A stretch of DNA of 64,000 bases from Eledone cirrhosa (GCA_964016885.1 OZ024756.1:6572001-6636000); one strand, 5' to 3'. Shown: positions 37,847-54,887, numbered from the stretch's first letter. Made by a program: numbers and translations. The notes: a model not told the origin generated them from the sequence alone.

Positions 37847-38310
37847 TGCTTCCTCGTTCTCTCTGTTTCTCCTACTTTCTTTCGCTCCCTCTGTCATGTC
37901 AATTAACTCTTCCTCACACTTCCACTCACTCACTCACTGTTTCTCCTCTTCTCACTTCACCCCGTTCGCGACGAAAAAATGTTCTCTCTTTCTCACATTT
38001 GAACTCGTTCCCGAAAGGTCTTTTTTCTAAGCCCTCATATATTCACCTAGCTTATGCTAACAGAATAACTATGAAGCTTGTTCCCTTCCTTCTACGGTTA
38101 GCTCTCCTCTTTGTTCTTATCTTGTCTCACTTGCTTTACGCGTTTTAATTGTCCTAATAACTTAATTTAGTTATTATTGCACCGACGTGAGGTATATGAT
38201 TTTTAATGCAATGAAATATCTATGATCGTCGGCAAATCACTGATGAGGGACTTATTTTATTACATGTTATCCATGTGCAACCTGCAGTATTCTTCTCCCC
38301 ATTTTTTCAT
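37460..38310 (+). mobile_element. Partial-tandem short element (37460-37765 duplicated at 38005-38310); 3' end also inverted at 316-420
   Basis: ~305-bp direct repeat separated by a (CT)n-containing segment, flanked by (TA)n. Confidence 0.75.
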
Positions 38311-38354
38311 ATATATATATAAATTCAGAAACGAAATATATATATTCAGAAAAA

Positions 38355-38400
<46 letters not shown>

Positions 38401-38934
38401 CGTTTCTGAATTTGTTTAGCATGATTCTTTATCTGAAAACATGTGTTGTGTTGAAACCGATATTGTTATACTTTGGGAGGGTCATGTTGCCAATAAGAAA
38501 CACACGCACCAGTTGCTTTCACTTCAATTTATTATAATAAAATTATTTACAAAATAATTTATTTACAAAATTACGTTGGAGCCTCAAAAACAAAAACAAA
38601 AGTAACAACATACGCACACACACACAACACACATCCAAACAACACAAACAACGATAACAACAACACACACATCAACAACAATAACATACTTAGAAACAAC
38701 AACAGACACGCAGACACAAACAACAATAAAAACACACACAACAATAATAACGTACACGGAGACAACAACAACAACACACATCAACAACAGCACACATCAA
38801 CAACAACAACAACAACACACACACATTCTATGCACCTCACCACAATCTTAACAAACACATAGACACAGAAAACAGGTAATGACAGTAACACGGAAATAAG
38901 GGAAGGTAATAAGATTGAAAGGAGAAGGGAGATT

Positions 38935-41236
38935 ATGGACAGAGAAAATTACCAGGACGAACACCCAGACACACAAAATAGAGTAGATAATAACAATGAG
39001 CCAAAAGAAAGAGTCAGGAGTAATAATGAGAGACATAGAAACAACCATGAGGCTGTTGGTGGAAATAGAAACAAAACAATTAACAATAACAATAGCATTA
39101 GTACACATAAAGCAGCAGCCTGGAACTCTACTTTTTATAATACTTCCGATAAGTCGTTCGAGCTGCGACGAGTCCACGCCACGACTTTAGTAGCTTTTAA
39201 CAAACGCACGCAATTGCCGTCGCAGGTCGATGAACAAACAGAAGCACAATTTAGTATAGCTAGATCTAAACTTAGAAATATTATAGAACAGTATAGCAAG
39301 AAGCAAATTAGAATGGAGGCTCAGCAACTGGGAGAAAAATCTGCAAATGGCTTGCATAAGCTCATGCAGCGCTCACGTAATGGAGAGATTGCATGCTTTC
39401 CAACAGACAAGTAAGGCAGAATGTCGGTTGACAGTCTGTCAAACTACATCCAGGCAATGCAACCCCACATCACTAACACAAATATGAGGATAGGGAAAAA
39501 GCCCTCAATGCTGATGATGTGGACAAATATAATGCAACCCAACAAAAGGACTGCCAACAACTTCCAGGCCTGGAACAATGACGTGCCAGCGTTGTATGGG
39601 CTTCGAAAAGACCATAAAACGAGGAGTGACCCTGTTACAGGACCACCAACACGGCAAGTCTGTGGAGCTAACATTGATAGTAACTACAGACTTTCCTACT
39701 TCCTCTCCTTGATCATACGCCCCATCATTGAAATGTCCCCAGATATATGTGACAGCACGGAGGACCTCCTCAGCAGAATCGGCGAGAGTAACTGATCTAG
39801 GGACCTAACAAACTGCATAATAGGAAGTATGGATGTTGTGTCCCTGTATCCATCTATTGACGTGGATTTTGTTGTGGAGAAATGCGTAGAAATGATCAGT
39901 GAGAGCAATGTTGAATTCCAAGGGATTGATACCAGTGAGCTGGGACTCCTACTTAAACTTATCTATACTAATGATTATCTAGATACATATGGCCTTAGCA
40001 ACCTGTGCCCTACAAGACCAACAAGAGGCAGACCACCTACTATTACCTCAATGGCCAAGAAAACCCACACAGATAGATGGAGCGGGTGGACCAGAGCCAT
40101 ACGGACCCCCGAAAACCACGATGAACTAAAGAAAATGATTGCACATGCGGTGGGGGCCAGTATAAAATTAACCCTTAAGGAACATATGTTCAAATTTAAT
40201 GGAAAGACATATGCCCAAGAGGGGGCAGAAGGCATTGGTGTTAGCATTGCAGGTGACATAGCTAACCTATTCATTGTATGGTGGAACAATAGACTTAAAC
40301 TTAAACTTAAAGAACAATTAGAAGACAGCAACCCCTTAACCCTGATAATATACTCCCGCTACGTTGATGATATAAACATCGAAGTAAAAACACCCCCACC
40401 AGAGAACAGTCAGGAATTAGAGAAAAACACCACGGAAAGCATCCAGCAAATAGCTAACTCCATCCACCAGAGTATTAGAGTTACTATAGACTACCCAAGC
40501 AAACACTCCGGCCATCGATTACCTGTACTAGACACAGAGCTCTGGTTAGATACCATTAATAACACAAAACAAATCCTCCATTCCCATTATGCCAAACCCA
40601 TGACTTCCAAATATCTGATCCACCGAAACTCAGCTGTTTAGGACCATACCCAAATCAACATACTGATTGCGGATTTGGTACGGGTGATGAGAAACGTGTC
40701 CCGCATGTGCAACCCCAAAGAACTAGAGAGACACATACAACACTTCATCCACCGTATGCAGTTCTCTGGTTACAATCAGAGAGATAAAATCAGAGTATAT
40801 AGAGGAGCCAGAACCAAATGGGAAAAAAATGGGAAATAATGACACAAATGGGACCTACCCCTTATATAGGAGCAAATTTTGGAATATAATAGAAAGATCT
40901 AGGAATAAGGTTAATAGAATAAACTCATGGTATGATAGCAATAAATACCGGTGTGTAATGTTCATCGATACAACCCCTAGAGGTGAATTAGCTTACAAAT
41001 TTAGAAGGGCCCTAGATAAACATAAACTCAATATTAAGATAGTAGAAAGACCAGGTACCTCCATAAAAACACTTATTAGCAATACATACCCTTTTCAAAG
41101 AACTCCCTGTATAGATAAGAAATGTATAATCTGTAAATTAAGCCCCCATATTAACTGTAAAACTAGAAATGTAGTATATAGCAAAAGATGTACTGAAGGA
41201 CGATGTAGAGATAAGAATATAGTATACATAGGTGAA
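38935..41236 (+). pseudogene. Decayed Penelope-like retroelement ORF (RT plus N-terminal half of GIY-YIG), Nematis-like
   Basis: One frame with stops at 39412, 39793 and 40639, then a frameshift in the A-run at ~40825. Motifs PTDK*G, LYGLRKDHK, RQVCGA, CDSTED, GSMDVVSLYPSI, YAQ..G.IG, RYVDD, DYPS..RLPVLD, HYAKPM, PLYR, C-x4-C-x2-C..C, NVVY..C..C..YIGE. Confidence 0.92.
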
Positions 41237-41306
41237 AAACACTTGTGAATAGTGCAGTTTTAAATCAACATATGTTGATTTAAAACTGCACTATTCACAA
41301 GTGTTT
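41237..41306. repeat. Perfect 70-bp palindrome (35-bp arms, no loop)
   Basis: AAACACTTGTGAATAGTGCAGTTTTAAATCAACAT|ATGTTGATTTAAAACTGCACTATTCACAAGTGTTT. Confidence 0.97.
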
Positions 41307-41330
41307 GTTAACCTTCATATCATGTCTCCC

Positions 41331-41402
41331 TATTTTATCTGACGAAAACGCAAATATCATCTCATGATGATATTTGTTTTTGAAATGGCGCATAATAAAA
41401 TA
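41331..41402 (+). ncRNA. Type I hammerhead ribozyme in the pLTR downstream of the Penelope-like ORF
   Basis: TATTTTAT-CTGACGA(41339-45)-AAACG-CAAATATCATC(TCAT)GATGATATTTG-TTTTT-GAAA(41382-85)-TGGCGCA-TA-ATAAAATA. Confidence 0.88.
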
Positions 41403-41607
41403 CATGGAACTCTTTTAACCATCTTTTGATCTTATATATTATTTATACTCCAGTCCTACAAATTGTAGAGTGCTTCTTATCCGATATCTGCTTTGCTTTA
41501 TTGTACTACAATAAAACTCACCTCTTATATATATAAATATACACGTCTACACATTTCTCTGTATATATCTGAAGGTGGTTGCAGCTTCCATTCTTTATCG
41601 AAGTCCA

Positions 41608-43552
41608 CTCACTTCCTTCGTGTTGTTACTACCCTCGTATTAGACCTGAATCTATGTAATCACTTCCCTCGTGTTGTTACTGCCCTCGTATTAGACCTGT
41701 ATCAATGTAATCACTTCCCTCGTGTTGTTACTACCCTCGTATTAGACCTGTATCTATGTAATCACTTTCCTCGTGTTGTTACTACACTCGTATTAGACCT
41801 GTATCTATGTAATCACTTTCCTCCTGTTGTTACTATCCTCGTATTAGACCTGTATCTATGTAATCACTTCCCTCGTGTTGTTACTGCCCTCGTATTAGAC
41901 CTGTATCTATGTAATCACTTCCCTCGTGTTGTTACTGCCCTCGTATTAGACCTGTATCTATGTAATCACTTCCCTCGTGGTGTTACTATCCTTGTATTAG
42001 ACCTGTATCAATGTAATCACTTCCCTCGTGTTGTTACTACCCTCGTATTAGACCTGTATCAATGTAATCACTTCCCTCGTGTTGTTACTACCCTCGTATT
42101 AGACCTGTATCAATGTAATCACTTCCCTCGTGTTGTTACTACCCTCGTATTAGACCTGTATCAATGTAATCACTTCCCTCGTGTTGTTACTACCCTCGTA
42201 TTAGACCGGTATCTATGTAATCACTTCCCTCGTGTTGTTACTGCCCTCGTATTAGACCTGTATCTATGTAATCATTTCCTTCGTGTTGTTACTACCCTCG
42301 TATTAGACCTGTATCAATGTAATCACTTCCCTCGTGTTGTTACTACCCTCGTATTAGACCTGTATCTATGTAATCATTTCCTTCGTGTTGTTACTACCCT
42401 CGTATTAGACCTGTATCAATGTAATCACTTCCCTCGTGTTGTTACTACCCTCGTATTAGACCTGTATCTATGTAATCACTTCCTTCGTGTTGTTACTACC
42501 CTCGTATTAGACCGGTATCAATGTAATCACTTCCCTCTTGTTGTTACTACCCTCGTATTAGACCTGTATCTATGTAATCACTTCCCTCGTGTTGTTACTA
42601 CCCTCGTATTAGACCTGTATCTATGTAATCAGTTCCTTCGTGTTGTTACTACCCTCGTATTAGACCTGTATCAATGTAATCACTTCCCTCGTGTTGTTAC
42701 TACCCTCGTATTAGACCTGTATCAATGTAATCACTTCCCTCGTGTTGTTACTACCCTCGTATTAGACCTGTATCAATGTAATCACTTCCCTCGTGTTGTT
42801 ACTACCCTCGTATTAGACCGGTATCTATGTAATCACTTCCCTCGTGTTGTTACTACCCTCGTATTAGACCTGTATCTATGTAATCATTTCCTTCGTGTTG
42901 TTACTACCCTCGTATTAGACCTGTATCAATGTAATCACTTCCCTCGTGTTGTTACTACCCTCGTATTAGACCTGTATCTATGTAATCATTTCCTTCGTGT
43001 TGTTACTACCCTCGTATTAGACCTGTATCAATGTAATCACTTCCCTCGTGTTGTTACTACCCTCGTATTAGACCTGTATCTATGTAATCATTTCCTTCGT
43101 GTTGTTACTACCCTCGTATTAGACCTGTATCAATGTAATCACTTCCCTCGTGTTGTTACTACCCTCGTATTAGACCTGTATCAATGTAATCACTTCCCTC
43201 GTGTTGTTACTACCCTCGTATTAGACCTGTATCTATGTAATCACTTCCTTCGTGTTGTTACTACCCTCGTATTAGACCGGTATCAATGTAATCACTTCCC
43301 TCTTGTTGTTACTACCCTCGTATTAGACCTGTATCAATGTAATCACTTCCCTCGTGTTGTTACTACCCTCGTATTAGACCTGTATCAATGTAATCACTTC
43401 CCTCGTGTTGTTACTACCCTCGTATTAGACCGGTATCTATGTAATCACTTCCCTCGTGTTGTTACTACCCTCGTATTAGACCGGTATCTATGTAATCACT
43501 TCCCTCGTGTTGTTACTACCCTCGTATTAGACCCGTATCTATGTAATCACTA
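41608..43552. repeat. 51-bp minisatellite, about 38 copies
   Basis: Unit CCCTCGTGTTGTTACTACCCTCGTATTAGACCTGTATCAATGTAATCACTT; source of the 694-aa ORF. Confidence 0.97.
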
Positions 43553-43857
43553 TCTTACTCTCCTTCACATTCTCTAGCCTCCTACACTAATGTATTGTTT
43601 ACTCTATATTTCTGTACTATCTGTGGATGTGTAATGTGTGTAACACACACACACACAGACACACACATAAGGTGCCCATAAGTGTATATGTATTCCATTA
43701 ATATAGTCTAGTAAAACTGATATAGATGCATGTATTTACATATATATATATATAGGTGTGTGTGAGACATGTATATATATATATATGTGTGTGTTTGTGT
43801 ATATGTATATATATATATATATATATGCAAGTGTATATATATATATGCAAGTGTATA

Positions 43858-43922
<65 letters not shown>

Positions 43923-43947
43923 TTGTATATATATATATGCAAGTATT

Positions 43948-44034
<87 letters not shown>

Positions 44035-44699
44035 GCAAGTATATATATATATATATGCATGTATATACATATATATGGGTGTGTGTGTATGTGCGTGTGC
44101 GTGCGTGTGCGTGTGTGTGTGTGTACAAATTAACATTGGTGTTTCTACACACATATATACATACATATATACATACATATATACATACACACATATAAAG
44201 CTTTACAAGAAGTATATTAGTGAAATTAAATCAGTTTTAAGGCTTACTTCTGTTGGACAGGTTGACCTAAGTGTATCCCGAGGTATTTAGATGGATGTTA
44301 GATATAATAAGAGTAAAAGCCTGCAGTGTTGTCAGTAACATTTGAAACCGTACAAGAGAGTTTGAAGCTATACAAAAGCAATAATTATTTCTGGCTTACC
44401 CTCCTCTATACTCTTCTGATATTGCTTCCTATTGAACGACGAGAGAAAGGAGAGATGCTAGAAGTAGAAGAATCGGTAGAGGTTGTTAACATTACCATAT
44501 ACCCAGAAGTAATCCGTTCTTACCATTCTTACAGAACACAGCACGACATTTTTGTCGAGGAAGATGGTTATTAGCCAGCCATTTTAGCTTTAGTCTCACA
44601 TGCTCTACTTTAATTTCTCACTAAATAGAAACCATTTTAATTCAATTATTATGACTTAGTAAGGAGATAGATAGATGGGGACATTATGTGCGTGTATGC

Positions 44700-44746
<47 letters not shown>

Positions 44747-45014
44747 AGGGGGAGCGGAAGACAGTGAGCAAAAGAGAAAGAGCGGGGGTGAGAAGGAGAT
44801 GGAGCCGGAGAGGGTGGGAGAGAGAGCGTGACAGAGAGGGTGGGAGAGAGAGCGTGACAGAGAGAGAGAGAGAGCGCATCAAATGGTATTTAACTGTAGT
44901 AGGTGACAGAAAAAAATATATAAATTCTTTAAAATAATTTGGTTTGTCTCGACTTTTTTATAGTTTGTCTTGGCATTTTTATAGTTTTTCATAGATATTA
45001 CATTTTATAATAAT

Positions 45015-45606
45015 TGTTTCTACTTTAGGCACAAGGCCAGCAAGGGCCGTAACTCTATGCGTCAAAGCATGGCGTCCGACCCTCTACCGATTCTGCCAAA
45101 CCACCGCCCATTTTATAATAATGCCTCAATTTCCTCCTGTTTAAACCTCACCATTTCTCAGAGACAACCAGGAATTCTTCGATGCCATTTCAACATTATT
45201 TTTTTGTTATTCTGTATAAATCCTTATATTTTTTCACTCTATTTTGTCTTATTTAAGTAAGAAGAAGAAGAAAAACAGTGGTTTCTTATATAGGCACAAG
45301 ATCAGGAATTTGGGGAGAGGGGAAAGTCGATTAAATCGGCCTCAGTGCATTACTGGTACTTTATTTTATCGACCCCGTAAGGAGGAAAAGCAAAGTTAAC
45401 CTCAGCGGGATCTGAACTCAGAAAGTAAAGGGCCGTAACTATGCTGCATAAGAACGATAATAATTGTTTCTACTTTTGACACAAGGCCACCAATTACTCG
45501 AGTGCATTATTGGTACTTTATTTTATCGACCCAATAATGGGAAAGACCAAAGAGCCGTAACTATGCTGCAAAGGATTGCGTCCGACCCTCTACCGATACT
45601 GCCAAT
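45015..45606 (-). mobile_element. Cluster of family-A SINE fragments
   Basis: Homologous to the other copies; some have internal deletions. Confidence 0.8.
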
Positions 45607-46303
45607 CTAAGTTTAAATAGTTTTTTCACCTGTATAAATGGGCTGACTAGCCTCATTTGCATACGAAGCTGAATAAATTGGCTCAACTTAAAATAGGATT
45701 AGAATGTAGCTTCGACTTCAACTAAATCTAAATGTATTATATTTTGGTTCTTAGTGATTTCAGGTGTTGCTGTTGTTGTTTTGTTAATGCATTGTCGTTG
45801 GTGTCGCGTATCATAGAGTTGGGTACACCCTTGTCTTGTATGTGAAACTCTGTAGAAGGAACAATTTAGGGGGACCGTCAGATAGACTGTACTTGTAATT
45901 TAAATAACCAGTCCAGGTCGCAATCTGTGTCACGTGGAAGCTCCCCGAGAATTTACGTTATAGGTACAGATGTCTAGGGAATTCTCTGCCAATTAGACGT
46001 TAATTTTACGAGAAATCTATTCCATAGATCAAAAATCTCCAACACTCTTCAAGGAAACCGCCAGAAGTCTATACGTATCCAAGCCGGTTATTTAACTCTC
46101 ATGAATTTCACAGCAGGGGAGCAAAGTTAAAGCATCCATTTTTAGGGGGTAATTAGCAATTGGGGCTCATTTGTTATTTACTGATATGTAATATAGAAAC
46201 AAAACTATCACGGTAAATCCTGGAGTCTGCGTGAAACCGTGTGAATGAATATTTAAGTATATCATGTAATTACATGCACTCACTCACACATGCCTATATA
46301 TAA

Positions 46304-46451
<148 letters not shown>

Positions 46452-46712
46452 GTATATATTTGTGTGTCTATTTATATATGTGTGTGTGTGTTTATAAATA
46501 GATGTATATATATATATATATACATATATAGACATATATATGTAAAGTGTCTGTTTCTTAATAATATGCACATGCATTTATTCTATTAGAAGACTATTAA
46601 TTAATTTAAAATATGATTAGGTTTCAAGGAAGGCAGGATTTGAACTAAGAACTATTATAGACGAAACTATATGCGGTTAAATCTAATACTTTTCCTTACC
46701 CTAAGCCATTCT

Positions 46713-46745
<33 letters not shown>

Positions 46746-46818
46746 CGTATATATATATATATATATATATACATACATATATATATACATACATATATAC
46801 GTATATATATATATATAC

Positions 46819-46851
<33 letters not shown>

Positions 46852-46888
46852 CATACATACATACATATATATATATATATACATATAT

Positions 46889-46919
<31 letters not shown>

Positions 46920-47204
46920 CATACATATATATATATATATATACATATATATACATACATACATATATATACATACATACATATATATACATACATACAT
47001 ATATATATATATATACATATATATACATACATACATATATATATATATACATACATATATATATATATACATACATATATATATGTATATATATATATAT
47101 ACATATATATACATACATACATATATATATACATACATACATATATACATATATACATATATATACATACATATACATATATATACATACATACATATAT
47201 ATAC

Positions 47205-47238
<34 letters not shown>

Positions 47239-47258
47239 ACATACATACATATATATAC

Positions 47259-47292
<34 letters not shown>

Positions 47293-47316
47293 ACATACAT
47301 ATATATATATACATAC

Positions 47317-47371
<55 letters not shown>

Positions 47372-47584
47372 CATACATATATATATATATACATACATAT
47401 ATATATATATACATATACATACATATATATATACATATACATACATATATATATATATACATACATATATATATATATACATACATATATATATATATAC
47501 ATACATATATATATACATACATATATATATATATATATACATACATATATATATATATGTATACATACATATATATATATATAT

Positions 47585-47631
<47 letters not shown>

Positions 47632-47644
47632 CATATATATATAT

Positions 47645-47677
<33 letters not shown>

Positions 47678-47682
47678 CATAC

Positions 47683-47713
<31 letters not shown>

Positions 47714-47758
47714 CATATATACATACATATATATATATATACATACATATATATATAT

Positions 47759-47801
<43 letters not shown>

Positions 47802-47814
47802 CATATATATATAT

Positions 47815-47845
<31 letters not shown>

Positions 47846-47888
47846 CATACATATATATATATATACATACATATATATATATATACAT

Positions 47889-48343
47889 ATGGTGGCTGCC
47901 AACTCGTTTTCGAGTACGGCCACTACTTTATATCCATGTAGGAGAACCCCTACCGATGCGCTGAACGAGTGTGACTTTTTAGCCCAGCCAGCGACTTGAA
48001 AACTCTGGTACAAACACTACACTTGTGACAATTATTGACACATAGTGCTGGGCCCATGGTACCATGTGACGACAAGTGCAGAGAGATCTCCAGAGATAAA
48101 GCAATGCCTGTGCCGTGAAGCTTTTATAGTGAGCAAAGGCACTGCACAAAGCCAGTCCCACTCTCTTAACCAAGATGATATTTATAAAAAAGAAGAACAA
48201 GTCAACATCATTGTATACCATCAGGGTTGCAGGTGTTATATCAGAGTTTTCCTTCTCCTAGAATTCTGCCTTGACAAAGGCTAAAGGGTCATCTCTCCCG
48301 GTGAATTTGGATGGCCATTAACTCTTAAGAGCTCCTTTGCCCT
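47889..48343 (-). mobile_element. 5'-truncated non-autonomous RTE derivative (copy of 57182-57773)
   Basis: Minus strand encodes [25 protein letters not shown] (C2H2 finger typical of RTE ORF2 C-termini). Confidence 0.75.
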
Positions 48344-48646
48344 TTATATATATATATATATATACATACATATATATATATATACATACATATATATATA
48401 CATACATACATATATATATATATATACATACATATATATATATACATACATATATATATATACATACATATTTATATACATACATATATATATATACATA
48501 CATATTTATATACATACATATATATATATATACATACATATTTATATACATACATATATATATATACATACATATATATATACATACATATATACATATA
48601 TATATATACATACATATATATATATACATATATATATATATACATA

Positions 48647-48720
<74 letters not shown>

Positions 48721-48739
48721 CATATATATATATACATAC

Positions 48740-48786
<47 letters not shown>

Positions 48787-48805
48787 CATATATATATATA
48801 CATAC

Positions 48806-48852
<47 letters not shown>

Positions 48853-49371
48853 CATACATATATATACATATATACATATATATATATACATACATATATA
48901 TACATATATATATATACATATATATATATACATATATATATATACATATATATATATACATATATATATACACATATATATATACATACATATATATATA
49001 TACATATATATATATACATATATATATATACATATATATATATACATATATATATACACATATATATATACATACATATATATATATACATACATATATA
49101 TATACATATATATATATACATACATATATATATACATATATATATATACATACATATATATATATACATACATACATATATATATATACATACATACATA
49201 CATATACATGAATATATATATATATATATATATACATATATATGAATATATATATATATATACATATATATGAATATATATATATATATATACATATATA
49301 TATACATATATATATACATATATATGAATATATATATATATATATATACATATATATATACATATATATGA

Positions 49372-49402
<31 letters not shown>

Positions 49403-49425
49403 TACATATATATATACATATATAT

Positions 49426-49456
<31 letters not shown>

Positions 49457-49467
49457 TACATATATAC

Positions 49468-49498
<31 letters not shown>

Positions 49499-49566
49499 CA
49501 TATATACATATATATACATATATATGAATATATATATATATATACATATATATATACATATATATG

Positions 49567-49597
<31 letters not shown>

Positions 49598-49604
49598 GAA
49601 TATG

Positions 49605-49635
<31 letters not shown>

Positions 49636-49784
49636 ATATATACATATACATATACATATATACATATATACATATACATATACACATATATACATATATA
49701 CATACATATATATATATACATATATACATACATATATATATATACATATATATATATATACATACATATATATATATACATATA

Positions 49785-49815
<31 letters not shown>

Positions 49816-49824
49816 ATACATATA

Positions 49825-49855
<31 letters not shown>

Positions 49856-49931
49856 ATACATATATACATATATATACATATATACATATATATATATATA
49901 CATATATACATACATATATATATATACATAC

Positions 49932-49962
<31 letters not shown>

Positions 49963-49967
49963 CATAC

Positions 49968-50790
49968 ATGCTCTGAAACTCCCGTACTCCCTTCCCTCCG
50001 GGGAAACTCGCGTGGCATCTAACAACATCAGAGACTTGGGAGTAACCGTGGACAGCAACATAAGCTGGGCCACGCATATAAGCAGCAAAGTTGACATGGC
50101 CCGCAGAATGTGTTCCTGGATCCTCAGAACCTTCCAGTCGAGAGGTTCCCACACCATTATCCTTCTCTTCTCTACTTTTGCCCGACCACACCTTGAATAC
50201 TGTTATCCACTGTGGTCTCCCCACACGAAACAAAGTATCATGAAACTTGAAGCTCCTCAAAGGGCAATCACGAAAAAGATAGTTGGCATGTCAGACCTTG
50301 ACTACTGGGGTCGACTAGAAAACCTGAAACTTTACTCACTCCAACGTCGCCGTGAGCGTTATATTATCTGCATGATGTGGAAAATGTTCCATCATCACTG
50401 CCCAAATGCTGTTGGCATCGCCTTCAAGATACACCCAAGGCTTGGGCCCCGTGCTATCCGTCCCATTCAAAAATCTAAATCGCAACTCATAACAACAATA
50501 CGGCACAATTATTTCACCTCAATCGGCCCTGCTCTCTTCAACATCACACCAGGACACGTCAAAACAGAAACTGACCACACAAAATTCAAGAACACTTTGG
50601 ACAAATTCCTCCAAGTAATCCCGGACAAACCACCCACACCCGGATATGTCTCCGCAAACAGTAATTCTCTTCTCGAATGGGCCATGGTGCCAAAATCCTG
50701 AATTGAAAGACTTCGCCAGGTGGTGCTATTAAGTTAGACATGGCCTGGGCCAATACTGGCCAAAACATTTCAAAGTTATTCAAAGTTATA
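49968..50790 (+). mobile_element. CR1-clade LINE 3' fragment (ORF2 C-terminus 50012-50701)
   Basis: [49 protein letters not shown]; short TTCAAAGTTA tail repeat. Confidence 0.92.
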
Positions 50791-51015
50791 TATACAACAT
50801 ACATATATATATACACATACATACATACATATATATATACACATACATACATATATATATATACATACATACATACATACATATATATATACATACATAT
50901 ATATACATATATATATACATATACATACATATATATATACATACATGATATATATATACATACATACATATATATATACATACATACATATATATATACA
51001 TACATACATATATAT

Positions 51016-51046
<31 letters not shown>

Positions 51047-51131
51047 CATACATACATATATATATACATACATACATATATATATACATACATACATACA
51101 TACATATATATATACATACATACATATATAT

Positions 51132-51164
<33 letters not shown>

Positions 51165-51328
51165 TACATACATACATATATATATATATACATACATATA
51201 TATATACATACATATATATATACATACATATATATATACATACATATATATATACATACATATATATATAAATATACATACATATATATATAAATATACA
51301 TACATATATATATATATACATACATATA

Positions 51329-51360
<32 letters not shown>

Positions 51361-51379
51361 CATATATATATATATATAC

Positions 51380-51456
<77 letters not shown>

Positions 51457-51494
51457 CATACATACATATATATACATATATATATATACATACA

Positions 51495-51651
<157 letters not shown>

Positions 51652-51812
51652 CATATATATATATACATATATATATATACATACATATATATATACATAC
51701 ATATATATATATACATACATATATATATATACATAACATATATATACATACATATATATATATACATACATACATATATATACATACATACATATATATA
51801 CATACATACATA

Positions 51813-51846
<34 letters not shown>

Positions 51847-52091
51847 ATATACATACATATATATATATACATACATATATATATATACATACATATATAT
51901 ATATATATACATACATATATATATATATACATACATACATATAAATATACATACATATATATTATATATATACTACATATATTATAGTATACAACATATT
52001 ATATATATATACATATATTTATATATATACATATATATATATATTACATACATAAATATATATATACATACATATAATATATATACATACA

Positions 52092-52125
<34 letters not shown>

Positions 52126-52224
52126 CATACATTACATATATATATACATACATATATATATATATACATACATATCTATTTATAACATACATATATATAT
52201 ATACATACATATATATACATACTT

Positions 52225-52332
<108 letters not shown>

Positions 52333-52360
52333 CATACATATATATATATATATACATACA

Positions 52361-52400
<40 letters not shown>

Positions 52401-52460
52401 CATACATATATATATATATATACATACATATATATATATACATACATATAATATATATAC

Positions 52461-52494
<34 letters not shown>

Positions 52495-52977
52495 ATACAT
52501 ACATATATATATATATATATATACATACACATATATATATACATACACATATATATATACATACATATATATATATATACATTACATATATATATATATA
52601 CATACATATATATATATATATATACATACATATATATATATATATATATACATACATACATACATATATATACATACATACATACATATATACATACATA
52701 TATATATATATACATACATATATACATATATATATACATACATATATACATATATATATACATACATATATATAAAATATATATATATATATACATATAT
52801 ATAAATATATATATATATACATATATATAAATATATATATATATATACATATATATCAATATATATATATATATACATATATATCAATATATATAATATA
52901 CATATAATAAATATTATATATATATACATATATATAAATATATATATATATACACATATATATAAATATATATATAT

Positions 52978-53016
<39 letters not shown>

Positions 53017-53439
53017 CATATATATATATATATACATATATATAAATATAATATATATACATATATATAAATATATATATATATATACATACATATATAT
53101 ATATATACATATATATACATACATATATATATTATACATATATATACATACATATATATATATATACATATATATAAATATATATACATTACATACATAT
53201 ATATATATATACATACATACATATATATATATATACATACATACATATACATATATATAAATATATATACATATACATACATATATATATATATACATAT
53301 ATATAAATATATATACATATACATACATATATATATATATACATATATATAAATATATTATACATATACATACATATATATATATATACATATACATACA
53401 TAATATATATATACATACATATATATATATATACAATAC

Positions 53440-53474
<35 letters not shown>

Positions 53475-54078
53475 CATATATATAAATATATATACATATA
53501 TATACATATATATACATACATATATACATATATATAAATATATATACATATATATAAATATATATAAATATAATACATATATATACATATATATAAAATA
53601 TATATAAATATATATACATATATATACATATATATAAATATATATACATATATATACATATATATACATATATATAAATATATATACATATATATAAATA
53701 TACATATATATAAATATATATATATTATATATTAAATATACATAAATATATATATATATACATATATATAAAATATATATATAAATATATATAAATATAT
53801 ATAAATATATATAAATATATATATACATATATATAAATATATATAAATATATATATACATATATATAAACATATATATAAATATATATAAATATATATAT
53901 ACATATATATAAATATATATAAACTATATATAAATATATATATACATATATATACATATATATAAATATATATATACATATATATATATATATACATATA
54001 TATATACATATATATATATATATACATATATATATACATATATATACAATATATATAAATATATATACATATATATAC

Positions 54079-54111
<33 letters not shown>

Positions 54112-54194
54112 CATATATATAAATATATATATATATATACATATATTTATACATATATATACATATATATATACATATATATACATATATATAC

Positions 54195-54225
<31 letters not shown>

Positions 54226-54241
54226 GACATATATATACTAT

Positions 54242-54272
<31 letters not shown>

Positions 54273-54436
54273 TATAAATATATATATATTATATATATAT
54301 ACATATATATAAATATATATATATAAATATATATATACATATATATATATATACATATACATATATATACAATATATATACATATATATATATATATATA
54401 CATATATACATATATATAAATATATATATATATATA

Positions 54437-54469
<33 letters not shown>

Positions 54470-54470
54470 C

Positions 54471-54539
<69 letters not shown>

Positions 54540-54688
54540 TATATATAATATATATATATATACATATATATAAATATATATATATATATATATTATATAA
54601 TATAATATACATATATATAAATATATATATATATATACATAAATATATATATATATACATATATATAAATATATATATATATACATAT

Positions 54689-54719
<31 letters not shown>

Positions 54720-54887
54720 TATAAATATATACATATATATAAATATATACATATATATAAATATATATATATATATACATATATATAAATACATATATAT
54801 ATATACATATATATACATATATATATAATATATATATACATATATATACATATATATATACATATATATACATATATATATATATAC

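Noticed and set aside
39793-39795. In-frame TGA as selenocysteine (as in Naiad Penelope elements)
   Set aside because: The ORF also has TAA, TAG and a frameshift, and the TGA is not at a conserved Cys position; simple decay explains it.
41493-43577. 694-aa ORF, and the array as a possible CRISPR
   Set aside because: It is the translation of a 51-bp tandem repeat; there are no unique spacers or cas genes, and the context is eukaryotic.
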